This document shows positions 51,824 to 62,785 of a DNA stretch of 64,000 bases, piece by piece. The stretch's first letter is position 1, and each line of letters begins with the position of its first letter. Source of the stretch: an uncultured Planctomycetota bacterium (GTDB taxonomy: Bacteria; Planctomycetota; Planctomycetia; Pirellulales; Lacipirellulaceae); the NCBI GenBank assembly GCA_963719315.1, contig CAVRBU010000018.1, positions 77,213-141,212 of the forward strand, in the 5' to 3' direction. Made by a program: the position numbers and the translations under genes. Below the pieces are notes generated by a model. That model did no database searches. It was not told where the DNA came from and saw only the letters and a list, made by a program, of their open reading frames with translations.

Positions 51824-52729
51824 TCAACTCGGCCGATAGGCGATCACCGTCAGATCATCCGGCTTGCAAGGCGCCCCGCCGCTTTGACTCGCCATTCGCT
51901 GCCGCGCAATTTCCACCAGCGAACCCACCGCTTCCTCCAGTGGACCGCTACGAACGGCCTCGACGATCTCATCCGGCAGCAGATTATCAAACAATCCATC
52001 ACTCGCGAGCAGCAGCGTATCGCGCAGCGCCATCTCGATCGGCGGCCCGATTTCGATCCGCATTTGTTCCGAGCCAATCACATTCGAGATTACGTGCCGC
52101 TCGGCGTGATGGATTGCGTCTTCCTCGTCCATTAGACCGGCTTCGACCGCATACCCGATCGGCGAATGCGGAATTGTCTGCAGTTTCAACTTGCCCCGCT
52201 GGCCGGTCACCAAAATTGCCGAGTCGCCCACGTGATAAGGCCGAATCGTGCGATCTTGTATTTCGACCAGAGCCATGGTCGTAGCCGCCCCGGTGCCGAG
52301 TTCACGTACCGCTTGATTTGCCGTCTCGATTCCGTTGAGAATCGCAGCCCGCAGCTCCAATGGTTCGCCGTTGTCGGCCGCCGGCGTCGCATCTTGCAGC
52401 GATTTCTGAATTGCCTCGGCCGCCAGCCGGCTGGCCCGCTCGCCGCCCACGTGGCCGCCCAGCCCATCGGCCACTGCCAGAACGCCGCTCGTGCGGCCCA
52501 CGGGCCAGAGGGCCGCTACGTCTTCGTTGGCCGTCTCTTTGTGGGGCGACCGCGCCGTGAAAACGGCCACAGTGCCGCCGAGAAACTCGAAAGACGCCAC
52601 GTCCGTCATTTGGGCTTCGAACAGCATCGCGCCGTGAGAACGCTGCCGCGCGCGACGACGTGGGCCGACGCCAATTTCGGTCGGCATCGCGAACTGGGCT
52701 TCCAGAGGCAACATTGTGCCGCTGCTCAT
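51824..52729 (-). CDS. PP2C-family Ser/Thr protein phosphatase
   Basis: NED, AVADGLGGH.GGE.AS, HVGDS, LLASDGLFD, DD.TVI. Confidence 0.92.
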   Translation of the reverse strand: MSSGTMLPLEAQFAMPTEIGVGPRRRARQRSHGAMLFEAQMTDVASFEFLGGTVAVFTARSPHKETANEDVAALWPVGRTSGVLAVADGLGGHVGGERASRLAAEAIQKSLQDATPAADNGEPLELRAAILNGIETANQAVRELGTGAATTMALVEIQDRTIRPYHVGDSAILVTGQRGKLKLQTIPHSPIGYAVEAGLMDEEDAIHHAERHVISNVIGSEQMRIEIGPPIEMALRDTLLLASDGLFDNLLPDEIVEAVRSGPLEEAVGSLVEIARQRMASQSGGAPCKPDDLTVIAYRPS

Positions 52730-53459
52730 CGTGCCAGAAACTGCCGGGGTGAATCGCTCAAATCGCCTGCCGAAAGTAATGGCTGAAACGGAAATCAGCG
52801 GGAGGGGCCTGCGGGCGTAAAACAATCAAACAAGCGAATCCATGCTTGGAACTTGGCATGCTTACGGGCTGAACCGTGAAAACCTACTGTATAATAGGGG
52901 AAAACAAACCTGACACCAACAAAAACTAGTTTGACCGCGAATGCTTGCGGTGCTGGCACACGCCACTTAACCGGCTGGTATCAAACGATATGCGTCGTTT
53001 TTTGCCGCCTAGACAAAGCTTAAGCACACATTTCACCCCTGGGCCGTAATAGTCGGAATCTTGCGAATAATGCGCTTCGCACGCACTTCGCAGAGTTTGG
53101 CAATCCAGCAGCACGGCAAGCGGCTGATCGGCGACGCCGAACACGGACTTGAACGCGCCAAGTTGTGGCGGAATGCTCGGATTAAACAGGATTCGCCAAC
53201 GACAGATGGTCGCACATCGAGATTTCCGCCACCGCTATAGTCCCGCTCGGGTTGCAAATGAACGAATTTTTCGGACGACAGAATCCCGCGAGAATGTAAT
53301 GTAAATGTAGCGGTAAATCAGCGCGACTGCGGATTTTCATTGTATTCTGCGGCGAGTTTGATTTGCTTGTCGATCGAAACGGACGATCCTAGAATTGAAT
53401 AGACACCTTTATAGTTTCAGAAGCCTGCTTCACTCCAATCGCGGAATGGGAGCGCCACA

Positions 53460-54047
53460 ATGTTCCAAAAATGCACCTTGCTATTTGCCGCGGTTTTTCT
53501 ATTTTCGCTCGGAATCTGCAGTTCGGCGCGGGCTCAGTTGTATTACGCCCCTGATGTCAGTAATGTAACGAATCGAATTTACGCTCCAAGCGTTTCCAGA
53601 GTGACGAGCGATCAGCGCAACCAAACTCTTAATTCCGGCTTTAGCGGTAGCGGTATAAGATCGCCATTGCCCTTCATGCAATCGACCGGAGGTGCACGGA
53701 TCGGGCTGGGAGTGAACACGTCCTCACGCGGCAGCAAGCCGTTTTCATCGTATACCTCCGCCCCTACGGTCAGCCCTTACCTCAATCTGTTTCGCACCGA
53801 CTTGAACGGCGGCGGCAACTTCAATTACAGCACTTTGGTACAGCCCCAACTCCAACAGCAGCAAGTGAACCAACAGTTGGAGCGGCAAGCCATTCAGTCC
53901 AACCGCCGGCTGACATCAATCGCAGCGCAATCCGCCTTCAACCCGCAAGGCTCGAAGGACGAGTACCCGACCGGGCACCAGACGGTGTTCAATTACATGG
54001 GGCACTACTATCAGGCGCCGCACTTGCAGCAAAAGAAGCGGCAGTAG
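53460..54047 (+). CDS. Hypothetical secreted protein
   Basis: Signal peptide; PTVSPYLNLFR, NY.TLVQPQLQQ, PTGH.T.FNY.GHYY. Confidence 0.75.
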   Translation: MFQKCTLLFAAVFLFSLGICSSARAQLYYAPDVSNVTNRIYAPSVSRVTSDQRNQTLNSGFSGSGIRSPLPFMQSTGGARIGLGVNTSSRGSKPFSSYTSAPTVSPYLNLFRTDLNGGGNFNYSTLVQPQLQQQQVNQQLERQAIQSNRRLTSIAAQSAFNPQGSKDEYPTGHQTVFNYMGHYYQAPHLQQKKRQ

Positions 54048-54199
54048 TAGCAACGCCTGCATTTCCCGCCAGACCCGCCTTGCATTGCGCGGCGGGCTTC
54101 TGCTAAAAGCCCTGCCGCTCATCGGCCTTTAGCTCTTTTCTGTGTTTCGCGGCGCGCCTGTCTGTGCGCCCGCCGGAACGTGCTCGACGGGAAAATACC

Positions 54200-55777
54200 A
54201 TGTCGAACGCCTGCATAATGCGGCTGCGTCGATTCATAGCGCTAAGCGCGATCCTGGCCTGGCTCGGTTGCTGGAATTCCGCGCCCGCCCAAAGTCCAGG
54301 CTGGACCGCCGCCCAAAGTGGCCTGATGCCTTTCCTAGGCGCCAAGCCGAACGCTGGCTCCGCGCCGGCGCCCCAGATGTACCAACGCCCCGAGATACAG
54401 CATCATGCTCCCCTCGCCCGCCTTATCGAAAACCCCGACCAAACGGACGGCACGCCTCCGTTTGCGCTGACCGATCAAACCGGCACGATCCAGCGATACG
54501 TTGAACCCGTGCCCGGAGTTGACCTGGCGGCCTATGTTGGCCAAGTGGTTGCGGTGCGAAATGACACGGGCTCGACGCTGCTGGCTTCGCAGCTCGAATT
54601 GCCGCGTCAGCCGTTGCGCCCGTTAGTGGGCACCGCGGAGTTCGCTTCGGCCGGCAGTTCCAACGCATCGGCCTTTCGCGCCCCCCGACGCACCGCAATC
54701 GACAAACGAGTTGAACCGGCACAGTATATCGACAACGACGATTCGTCCGTGCAATTGTTGCCGGACGACATGTCTCTCCCCGGCGGGCAGTCCGCTGGCC
54801 CAGGCACTGTCGGCCAGCTTCAGGTCTTGGGCGACGGCTACCCCGGCTATTCCAGCCAAATGATGCCTGGCCAGATGATGCCCGGCGAAATGATGCCTGG
54901 CGAAATGTACGGCCCCGGCTGCGGCCCGCAAGGGTGCAACCAGCCGTATTGCGATCCCATGCAATGCGGTCCGGGCATGATGCAACCGTATGCGGGCTCC
55001 ATGGTCGGCCCCTGCCCCCAATGTGGCCAATTTCACAACGCAGGCGGCTGCGGGCCACAATGTGGCTACGGCCCGACGGATGGCCCTGCCGAACCGCAAG
55101 GTTCTCAACTCTCGTTCGACGTGGAGTTCATGTTCTACCGCGTGCGCATGTCCGACAACGTCGTGGGTAAATTGTCGGAGTCGTACCAGTTTACGCCGCG
55201 GTTTATCCTAAACTTTAGCGGCGTGGGCAACCTCGACGGCCGCGTTCGTTACTGGCTTTACGAGCGCGACACAAACCTCAATAGCGGCGGCAGCATTCGC
55301 TTCGAATTCAACGTCCTCGACATCGAGGCCACACACCGCTTCGAGGGCCGCCGCTCGCAACTCGTGCTAGCCGCCGGGTTGCGCCTGGCCGACCTCCAAC
55401 TTAGAGACGACGACGACGAGCAGTGCGGCTCCGACATGCTGGGCCTCACCATGGCCGCCGACGGTTTGACGCCCCTCATTTGCATGTCCGGCGGCTACTG
55501 CGGCTGGGTCTACGGCGGCCGCGTCTCGCTGCTCGGTGGCGACTGGGGCGGCGACGACAACTGCTCGTTCCTCGATGAGCAATTTCGCGACGACAATGTG
55601 TTCGTGACCGAACTCTACGCCGGCGCCGAAATCGCCCGCAAATGCCGCAATGCGACTATCCGCGGCCGAGTCGTATTCGAAATTCAGAACTGGCGCAGCG
55701 ATGCCCTGGCCGCACATGCTGACATTGAATCAATCGGTTTCCTCGGTCCGGCTCTCCAAATCGGCGCCGATTTCTAA
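54200..55777 (+). CDS. Exported protein with Pro/Gly/Met/Cys-rich linker and C-terminal beta-barrel-like domain
   Basis: Signal peptide; MMPG repeats; alternating beta-strand pattern; ends IGADF. Confidence 0.72.
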   Translation: MSNACIMRLRRFIALSAILAWLGCWNSAPAQSPGWTAAQSGLMPFLGAKPNAGSAPAPQMYQRPEIQHHAPLARLIENPDQTDGTPPFALTDQTGTIQRYVEPVPGVDLAAYVGQVVAVRNDTGSTLLASQLELPRQPLRPLVGTAEFASAGSSNASAFRAPRRTAIDKRVEPAQYIDNDDSSVQLLPDDMSLPGGQSAGPGTVGQLQVLGDGYPGYSSQMMPGQMMPGEMMPGEMYGPGCGPQGCNQPYCDPMQCGPGMMQPYAGSMVGPCPQCGQFHNAGGCGPQCGYGPTDGPAEPQGSQLSFDVEFMFYRVRMSDNVVGKLSESYQFTPRFILNFSGVGNLDGRVRYWLYERDTNLNSGGSIRFEFNVLDIEATHRFEGRRSQLVLAAGLRLADLQLRDDDDEQCGSDMLGLTMAADGLTPLICMSGGYCGWVYGGRVSLLGGDWGGDDNCSFLDEQFRDDNVFVTELYAGAEIARKCRNATIRGRVVFEIQNWRSDALAAHADIESIGFLGPALQIGADF

Positions 55778-56247
55778 CTCCCAGCGAGGATTCGCTGGAA
55801 CCTCTTTCATCTCTACTCCTTCACTGGAATTAATTTACTGGAATTAATTCGTCGAGTGGGGAGCACGCACATAGGTGCGTTTAGGTCGATTGTGTGGTTT
55901 TGAACTACGCGAATCTTGTATTTGTAGTTGAATTTGAGATCGCAAGCTCGTTCCGCGCCGCACACAACGCATCTTTGAACTACGGTTCAATTGGAGCGGA
56001 CTAGGCGACTAGTCCCGAACTATAGTTTGGGTCCGGCTCCACAAGATCCGCTACTTTTCTTTAGGTATCCACCCGGCTCCGGCGCAGAATCGTCAAATTT
56101 GGACGTAGGCGTTCGAAGTTTGGGCAACTTGTCTTAGTTTTCGTTCTTTCTACAGATTCCAGATCCGTGCTCGATGTTGCGCATTTTCGTGCGCTAAACT
56201 ACTACTAGCGCTCCGCAAATGGAGCCGTCGTAACAAAGTATGGGGAG

Positions 56248-56904
56248 ATGGTGATGAAACGACATTTCAAAACATTCCGTAGCGTCGCATGCTTTGCGTT
56301 TCTGCTGGGCTTGAACGCGATGATTGCTGCGCCCTGCCGCGCCGAATCGTCGCGTGTAGTGTTGGTCGAAGAGCACTGGGAACTGCAGATCAGCCAGCCC
56401 GACGCCGACCGCAGCGCGCCCCAGACCACGATGGTCATGTCGCCCACCAGCGATTTGGAGGGCGTACATTTTCTGTTTACGCTAAATCACTCCACCGTAC
56501 CGGAATACGCGCCGGGCGGAGTCCAAGTGCAGCTCTGGGACGGCGATGAACTTTTGCAGTCTCATGTGGCGCACGAGGGAACAACCCTCGATCATTGCGA
56601 CGAAGTTTTGCACTGGACGCAGCGCGTCTCGCTCAACGATGGGCACCTGACGTTTCAGGTGGTCGATGGGCAGTCCGAAACTTGGGGCGCATTCGGCGGC
56701 GATGACTTGTCGCTCAGCTCGTCCTCCTCGCTAACATCCCTTAACAGCTATCGGCCCGGTGTGTCGATCAGCGAATCTCAAGTTGGCTACGCCGAAAACC
56801 GCGTGGTTTCCCTGGTCCTGACCAAGCTCGTATGGGTCACGGAAGACGGCCAGGTGCACGAGCAAAATGCCCCCATCCCGGTTGATACTAGCCTCGATGA
56901 ATAG
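56248..56904 (+). CDS. Hypothetical exported protein upstream of Tad minor pilins
   Basis: Signal peptide; VEEHWELQI..PD....APQ..MVMSP. Confidence 0.72.
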   Translation: MVMKRHFKTFRSVACFAFLLGLNAMIAAPCRAESSRVVLVEEHWELQISQPDADRSAPQTTMVMSPTSDLEGVHFLFTLNHSTVPEYAPGGVQVQLWDGDELLQSHVAHEGTTLDHCDEVLHWTQRVSLNDGHLTFQVVDGQSETWGAFGGDDLSLSSSSSLTSLNSYRPGVSISESQVGYAENRVVSLVLTKLVWVTEDGQVHEQNAPIPVDTSLDE

Positions 56905-56983
56905 TCGATCGTTATTCGACAACGAGCTAGCGTTAGCTCTTCACCGTCATCCACAATTCTTGCACTGCCGGAGGGCAATTCCG

Positions 56984-58144
56984 ATGAAACGCAATCACAG
57001 ACCTAATCGACAGCCACGGAAAGGCGCCATCACGATATTGGCGGCCATACTGTCCATCGTCCTGGTGGCAATGGTCGCGTTTTGCGTCGACCTTGGCTAT
57101 GTACTCTCGGCCAAAGAAGAATTGCAGCGCTCAGCCGATTCTTCCGCACTCGCCGCTTGCTGGGAATTTGGTCAGCGGCTAGCGAATGGTAATACATCGG
57201 CGGAGGCCGAAGTTTATGCTCGCACGACTGCGGCACAGTATGCGGCACTGAACCACGTTACCGGAAACGCGGTGGATCTTAACGCCAACTCGAGTAACGA
57301 CCCGACTGGCGACGTGGTATTTGGCTACATATCGGACTTCAAAGACTCGCAAAGTGCATTCCAAACGAACGGCGCCAATGGCTACAACGCGGTGAAAGTG
57401 CGGCTTCGTAAAGATGCTTCCACCAATGGCAAAGTGCCTTACTTCTTCGCGCGCATTTTTGGTCTGACTGGCCAAGACCTGAAGTCCGAAGCGACCGCCG
57501 GGCTCATCCGCGATGTCAAAGGCTTTAAGGCCCCGGCCGATGGAAGCAACCTGGGAATTCTTCCCTACTCGCTCGACGAAACGACTTGGAACAGTCTCAT
57601 CGCCAACAGCGGAAGCGACGACTATTGCTGGAACCCCACGACCAAGCAGGTAGAAGCCGGTCCCGATGGCTTTGTGGAAGTGAACTTGTTTCCTCAGGGC
57701 ACCGGTTCGCCCGGCAATCGCGGCACTGTGGATATCGGCGGAAGCAACAACAGCACTTCCGATATTGCTCGTCAGATTGTGTACGGAATTTCGCCTTCCG
57801 ATTTTGTGCAGCTCGGCCATCCTCTGGAGTTCGACGCCAGCGGTAAGTTGTCTCTCAATGGCGACACGGGCATTAGCGCCGGCGTCAAAGATGAGTTGGC
57901 TTCCATCAAAGGCAAGCCGCGGGTCATCCCGATCTTTTCCACCGTCAGCGGCAATGGCAACAACGCGAACTACACGATCATCAAGTGGCAAGGCATTCGC
58001 ATCATGAATGTGAAACTTACGGGCTCCATGTCGCAAAAGAACGTCATGATCCAGGTAGCGCCAATGCTTTCGAAGGGAATAGTCCCCTCGACAACCACAG
58101 GCACAAGCAGCTACGTGTTTTCGCCCGTCGTGTTAGTGAAGTGA
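56984..58144 (+). CDS. TadG-like pilus assembly protein
   Basis: RKGAITILAAIL.IVLVAMVAFCVDLGY....KEELQRSADSSALA; VPYFFARIFG. Confidence 0.85.
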   Translation: MKRNHRPNRQPRKGAITILAAILSIVLVAMVAFCVDLGYVLSAKEELQRSADSSALAACWEFGQRLANGNTSAEAEVYARTTAAQYAALNHVTGNAVDLNANSSNDPTGDVVFGYISDFKDSQSAFQTNGANGYNAVKVRLRKDASTNGKVPYFFARIFGLTGQDLKSEATAGLIRDVKGFKAPADGSNLGILPYSLDETTWNSLIANSGSDDYCWNPTTKQVEAGPDGFVEVNLFPQGTGSPGNRGTVDIGGSNNSTSDIARQIVYGISPSDFVQLGHPLEFDASGKLSLNGDTGISAGVKDELASIKGKPRVIPIFSTVSGNGNNANYTIIKWQGIRIMNVKLTGSMSQKNVMIQVAPMLSKGIVPSTTTGTSSYVFSPVVLVK

Positions 58145-58247
58145 TTCAGCCGCCTGTCGTTTTCAGGCTCAAAGCCTGAAAATGGAATAGCGGCAAGAGA
58201 CCAGCGGCAACATCGCCGCGTAATTTCAAACGTAATCGGTAAGTGAT

Positions 58248-58688
58248 GTGATGTTTCGATTTTCCAAGGACAGCCGCAACCCTCTGCGTTCCAGCCGTAT
58301 CCGCCGTCGCGGCATTGCAGCGGCGGAATTCGCGATCGTTGCTCCGGTGTTTTTCCTGATGGTAATCGGCTCTATCGAGCTTGGCCGGGCTCTGATGGTA
58401 CAGCAAGTACTCATCAATGCATCTCGCGTCGGGGCTCGCATGGCCAGCACGACCGGGGCTACGACATCCGCGGTACAGACCGCCGTCCAAGACTACACGA
58501 CCGGTGTGGCCGTTCCGGGTGTCTCGGTATCAGTTTCGCCCAGTCCGTCGAGCGCCGCCGCGGGCACGGTGATTACCGTGACCGCTTCCGTGCCCTTCAA
58601 CAATGTGAGTTGGATGGGTTCGCCCTGGTACTTAGGCGGCAAGACGCTGACCGCGAACTCGCAAATGCGGAAGGAAGGTTTCGAGTAG
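58248..58688 (+). CDS. TadE/TadF family pseudopilin
   Basis: RRGIAAAEFAIVAPVFFLMVIGSIELGRA......L.NASR.GAR. Confidence 0.9.
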   Translation: MMFRFSKDSRNPLRSSRIRRRGIAAAEFAIVAPVFFLMVIGSIELGRALMVQQVLINASRVGARMASTTGATTSAVQTAVQDYTTGVAVPGVSVSVSPSPSSAAAGTVITVTASVPFNNVSWMGSPWYLGGKTLTANSQMRKEGFE

Positions 58689-58934
58689 TTCGACTACTGA
58701 TCCTTCAAGTTGTCATTGTGGTGATTGCATTGGATCGACCTCTGAACCATCCCCTCTGCGATTACAACATTGCTGCTCGTGTCTATTCAACGAGCACCCT
58801 GAGGCCGCCGGCCTGACCCCCCGGCGGCCTTCTTTGTTGGCATTTCCGATAATTTTCAGCGATACGAATTGGTCGTTGCGCAGTTTGTGTATAGTGAGGG
58901 AGACCATCACTTCACACAGCGCTCGGATGCGACC

Positions 58935-60206
58935 ATGTCGCGAGAATCGTTGGTCTGCAGCTTCGTCCTTTTGCTCGCGTTGCCCACGTCCAACAGCCTC
59001 GGCCAGACGCCGCCGCCAAAAATCCCGATCAACGATCTGGGCACGGGGCTGTACCTCAATCAATTCCAGGGCGGGCTCTATCCGAACGGCTCGAATGTGG
59101 TGCCCGCCACTCACGCGGCGGCAGGCTTCGCGCGGGTCGCGGCGATCGAGCCGCTCGACACGGCGGGTGAGCCCGACCCGAGCGGCAAGTACGGTTTGAT
59201 TTCCATCGGCTACTCCAACTCCACCCAGGAGTTCTGCTCGCAAAACGGCGCCCCGCCGTGCAACCCGTGGACGTTCATGGGCCAAGCGGCCGCGAACCCG
59301 GACGTCAATCACTCGACGTTGGCGATCGTCAACGGCGCCAAGGGCGGGCAAGACATTCCGAATTGGGACCAGCCGACCGACCCGAACTACGACCGCATCA
59401 TTGGCGAGTGGCTCACGCCCAACGGACTGAGCGAGAAGCAGATTCAGGCGGCTTGGGTGGATGCCGCTATCGCACATCCAACCGTTTCATTGCCCGACCC
59501 GCAGGCCGACGCGTATCAAATCGTGCAGGGCTTGGGCGATGTCGTGCGGTCGCTCAAAACGCGCTATCCAAACCTTCAACAGGTGTTCTTCTCCAGCCGG
59601 ACGTATGGGGGCTATGCGACCACTGCCCAAAATCCTGAGCCGTATGCCTACGAAACGGCGTATGCCGTGAAGTGGCTGATCCAGGCCCAGATCAACCAAA
59701 TGAACGGCGGCGGGATCGATCCGCTGGCCGGAGACTTGGACTACGACAGCGGCGTTGTTCCGTGGATGGCGTGGGGGCCGTACATGTGGGCCGACGGGCT
59801 GAATCCGCGCAGCGACGGCCTTATCTGGGAAGTCGGCGATTTTGTCAATGATGGGACACATCCCTCGCAATCGGGCGAAGCCAAGGTCGGCTCGATGCTG
59901 ATGGATTTCTTCTCGAACTCCGAGTTCACCCAACCGTGGTTTGTCTCTCTGCCCGGCGACTTCAACAACAACGGCGCCGTCGATGCGGCCGACTACGTGG
60001 TCTGGCGCAAAAGCATTGGCACACCGCAAGCGTACACTCTGTGGCGAAGCAATTTCGGCGCACCCGGCAGCGGCGCGGGTACGCGGATTGGTTCGTCGTC
60101 TACAGCAGCCCTGCCGGAACCGGCAAGTTGGATGCTCTACATAGTTGCAATTCTCATACTGCCGCTTCGCATACGCTCCTGGCACCTTTTATCACTTGTC
60201 AATTAA
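58935..60206 (+). CDS. PEP-CTERM secreted protein with SGNH-hydrolase-like domain and dockerin-like motif
   Basis: IGYSN, NGAKGG, DGTHPS; GDFNNNGAVDAADYVVWRK; LPEPAS plus TM segment. Confidence 0.78.
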   Translation: MSRESLVCSFVLLLALPTSNSLGQTPPPKIPINDLGTGLYLNQFQGGLYPNGSNVVPATHAAAGFARVAAIEPLDTAGEPDPSGKYGLISIGYSNSTQEFCSQNGAPPCNPWTFMGQAAANPDVNHSTLAIVNGAKGGQDIPNWDQPTDPNYDRIIGEWLTPNGLSEKQIQAAWVDAAIAHPTVSLPDPQADAYQIVQGLGDVVRSLKTRYPNLQQVFFSSRTYGGYATTAQNPEPYAYETAYAVKWLIQAQINQMNGGGIDPLAGDLDYDSGVVPWMAWGPYMWADGLNPRSDGLIWEVGDFVNDGTHPSQSGEAKVGSMLMDFFSNSEFTQPWFVSLPGDFNNNGAVDAADYVVWRKSIGTPQAYTLWRSNFGAPGSGAGTRIGSSSTAALPEPASWMLYIVAILILPLRIRSWHLLSLVN

Positions 60207-60217
60207 ATAGTTCTGAC

Positions 60218-61211
60218 CTGCTCAGTAGAAAACGTCTGAATGCTAGCTAAACATCGGTGTGTGTTGGTTCGTATGACGGTGGATGAAGACGAGCAAGAGT
60301 CCGAAGCGCGTGTTGGTCGAGGCACTGGCCGTGGCCCAGGCTTCGCTGCCGCGGTACTCGCATCGGTTCAGCCCACGGGTCTTCACGCAGCATCAACTGT
60401 TTGCCTGTCTGGTGCTCAAGGATTTTTACAACCTGACCTATCGGGGCACCGTTGGCCTGTTGGCGGACAGCGATTCGCTGTGCGAAGCGATCGGCCTGGA
60501 AAAGGTGCCCCACTTCACGACGCTGCAAAAGTCGGCCGATCGGTTGTTGGTGAAGAAGTCGTTTCAACGGCTGATCACGGCCACGGTCCAGCGGGCACGG
60601 AAGGCCAAGCTGCTCCGCCGCTCCGTGCGATTGGCAGCCATCGACACCAGCGGCTTCGAAGTGCGGCACACCAGTCGCTACTATGCCTGGCGTCGAAAAA
60701 AGGTGGGAAAACACGGACGAACGTGCGACGTCTCCTATCGCCGCTACCCCAAGCTGGGCGTGGTCTGCGACACGACGAGTCATTTCTGCCTGGCGGCCCG
60801 GGCTAGCCAGGGACCGCGGCCCGACTTCGGCGATTTCCGCCCGCTCGTCGTCGAAGCGCAGGCTCGCACCGGAGTGAAGGCGGTCGCGGCGGACGCCGGC
60901 TTCGACAGCGAAGCCAACCACGTGTTGGCCCGCGACGAACTGGGGATTCAGTCCCTGATCCCCGCCGAGCACGGCCGACCGCCGGCCGGGGAACCCGTGG
61001 GCCGCTATCGAAAGCAGATGAAACGTCATTTGCACGAAAGTCGTTATGGACAACGTTGGCAGGTGGAAACCGTCTACTCGATGATCAAACGTCTCTCGGG
61101 AGAAGTCGTCAACGCCCGCACCCACTGGCGCCGCTGCCGACTCCTGCTCCTCAAAACACTCACTCACAACATCTCGATTCTCAGACAACACCTAGGTTTT
61201 CTACTGAGCAG
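60218..61211 (+). mobile_element. IS element (IS5/IS4-superfamily DDE), 994 bp
   Basis: Perfect 16-bp TIRs CTGCTCAGTAGAAAAC at 60218-60233 and 61196-61211; TTCTGAC flanks both sides. Confidence 0.9.
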
Positions 61212-61218
61212 TTTCTGA
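60283..61218 (+). CDS. DDE transposase (DDE_Tnp_1-like)
   Basis: AIDTSGF, AADAGFDS, YGQRWQVETVYSMIKR. Confidence 0.92.
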   Translation: MKTSKSPKRVLVEALAVAQASLPRYSHRFSPRVFTQHQLFACLVLKDFYNLTYRGTVGLLADSDSLCEAIGLEKVPHFTTLQKSADRLLVKKSFQRLITATVQRARKAKLLRRSVRLAAIDTSGFEVRHTSRYYAWRRKKVGKHGRTCDVSYRRYPKLGVVCDTTSHFCLAARASQGPRPDFGDFRPLVVEAQARTGVKAVAADAGFDSEANHVLARDELGIQSLIPAEHGRPPAGEPVGRYRKQMKRHLHESRYGQRWQVETVYSMIKRLSGEVVNARTHWRRCRLLLLKTLTHNISILRQHLGFLLSSF

Positions 61219-61253
61219 CCCCTTTTCTGTCCCCTTTTCTGTCCTTTTCTGTC
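61212..61253. repeat. Short tandem repeat adjacent to the IS right end
   Basis: TTTCTGACCCCT TTTCTGTCCCCT TTTCTGTCCT TTTCTGTC. Confidence 0.8.
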
Positions 61254-61605
61254 ATAATATCGGTTAACTGGGCAAGCGGATTTCGAGCGAAACTAAACCA
61301 TTAGAAACATCTTTCTCGCAGGGCGACCCCGAAGCGGCGGGAGCTCGTTGGATAGAGACTTGATCCCGTTGAGCAGGCATTGGAGTCGGGCGGACCTGTT
61401 TGAACGCGTTAGCAGTCAAATACGAGCCCCGGTATTGGCATCGCGCAGCCATCAGCGGCCGCTTTGGCTTTAAACCCACGAGAAGAGACTAGCCAGGGAG
61501 TCCAGAGGGGCGGCAATGAGCACCCGTCTGGTTTGGTTCTACTGAGAGTTTCCCCGTTCCGAGAAAACGGTCGGTTGTTGATGAGTCGCAGGTGTTTACA
61601 AGCTA

Positions 61606-62783
61606 TACCCTGCGTGGGGATAAATGATCTGTTCCCGAGTAGCTGATTTGTTGTACAAGGCCCTTATGTCGCCATCGAGGAGGATGGCGTGTTGCTGGCA
61701 AGGAGGGCTGTCATGGCTTGGTTTCGAGTCCGATTGACGGAAGAGGAACAGCGAATTGTCGCGGCCGAGCGGGAGTCTCATCCGGAGTCGCATGTCCGCC
61801 GCAAGATGCTGGTGTTGTGGTCGCTGCAGTGTGGTTTGAAGCGATCCCAGGCGGCGAAATTGGCGGGGGTCGGAGTGGCGACCGTCGGGCGGTACGTTGC
61901 GGCCTATCGTGATGGCGGGTTGGAGGGTCTGCGGCGGTGGAATGTGCAAGGGCCCGTGAGCGACTTGGCCGCCTATCGCGACGTGATCCGCGCGTTGTTC
62001 GAGAACCAGCCGGTCCGCACGACCGCGGAAGCCTGCGAACGCATTTACCAACTGACCGGCCTGCGGCGGGGACTGTCGCAAACTCGCAAGTTCCTGAAAG
62101 ACATGGGACTCAAGTGGCAGCGGGTCCGGGCGCTCCCCGTGCCGCCCAAAAAAACTTGGCCCAGCATGTCGCCGCGCAGGCCCTGTTTCACGACGTTCAA
62201 CTGAAGCCCCGCCTCGACGCCGCCGCCCGAGGGCGGGGACACGTCTTCTTCGTCGATGCGGCCCACTTTGTGTACGGGACGTTCCTGTGCTGCTTGTGGT
62301 CGTTCACGCGAATCTTCGTGCGGGCCGCCTCGGGCCGCCAGCGGTTCAATGTCCTGGGAGCCTGGAACGCCGTGACCCGCGAACTGGTAAGCGTGACCAA
62401 CACCACGGTCGTCAACACGGAAACGATGTGCGAGCTGTTGCGGAAGATCGCTGCCCTCGGTCTGGCCGGACCGATCACGTTGGTGCTGGACAACCCTCGC
62501 TACCAACGTAACGCCGCGGTGCAAGCGTTGGCGACGCAACTGGAAATCACGCTGCTGTTCCTGCCCTCCTACTCGCCGAACCTGAACCTCATCGAACGGC
62601 TTTGGAAGTTCATCAAGCGGCGGGCCATCTATGGGCGTTACCATCCCGGATTTCAAGAGTTTCAAGCCGCCATCCAAGAAACAATCGCCGACCTCGCAAC
62701 CCGCCACGCCGAACCCCTCAAATCCCTCATGACGCTCAACTTTCAGCGATTCGAAGATGTCTCATTGCTGGCCGCGTAGGGTA
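61606..62783 (+). mobile_element. IS630-family element with TA target duplication
   Basis: Imperfect TIRs TACCCTGCGTGGGGATAAATGA / TCATTGCTGGCCGCGTAGGGTA, flanked by TA at 61604-61605 and 62784-62785. Confidence 0.92.
61713..62779 (+). CDS. IS630 transposase, two ORFs joined by a probable programmed -1 frameshift at A7 (62148-62154)
   Basis: HTH ORF 61713-62204; DDE ORF with FVDAAHF, LVLDN.RYQ, FLPSYSPNLNLIERLWK; CCC-AAAAAAA-C slippery site. Confidence 0.9.
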
Positions 62784-62785
62784 TA

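Noticed and set aside
52830..53459. Short ORFs in the PP2C/secreted-protein intergenic region
   Set aside because: No coding signal or motifs; looks like divergent promoter DNA.
61530..61552. TTCTACTGAG match to the IS right TIR
   Set aside because: Only about 10 bp with no partner end; could be chance.
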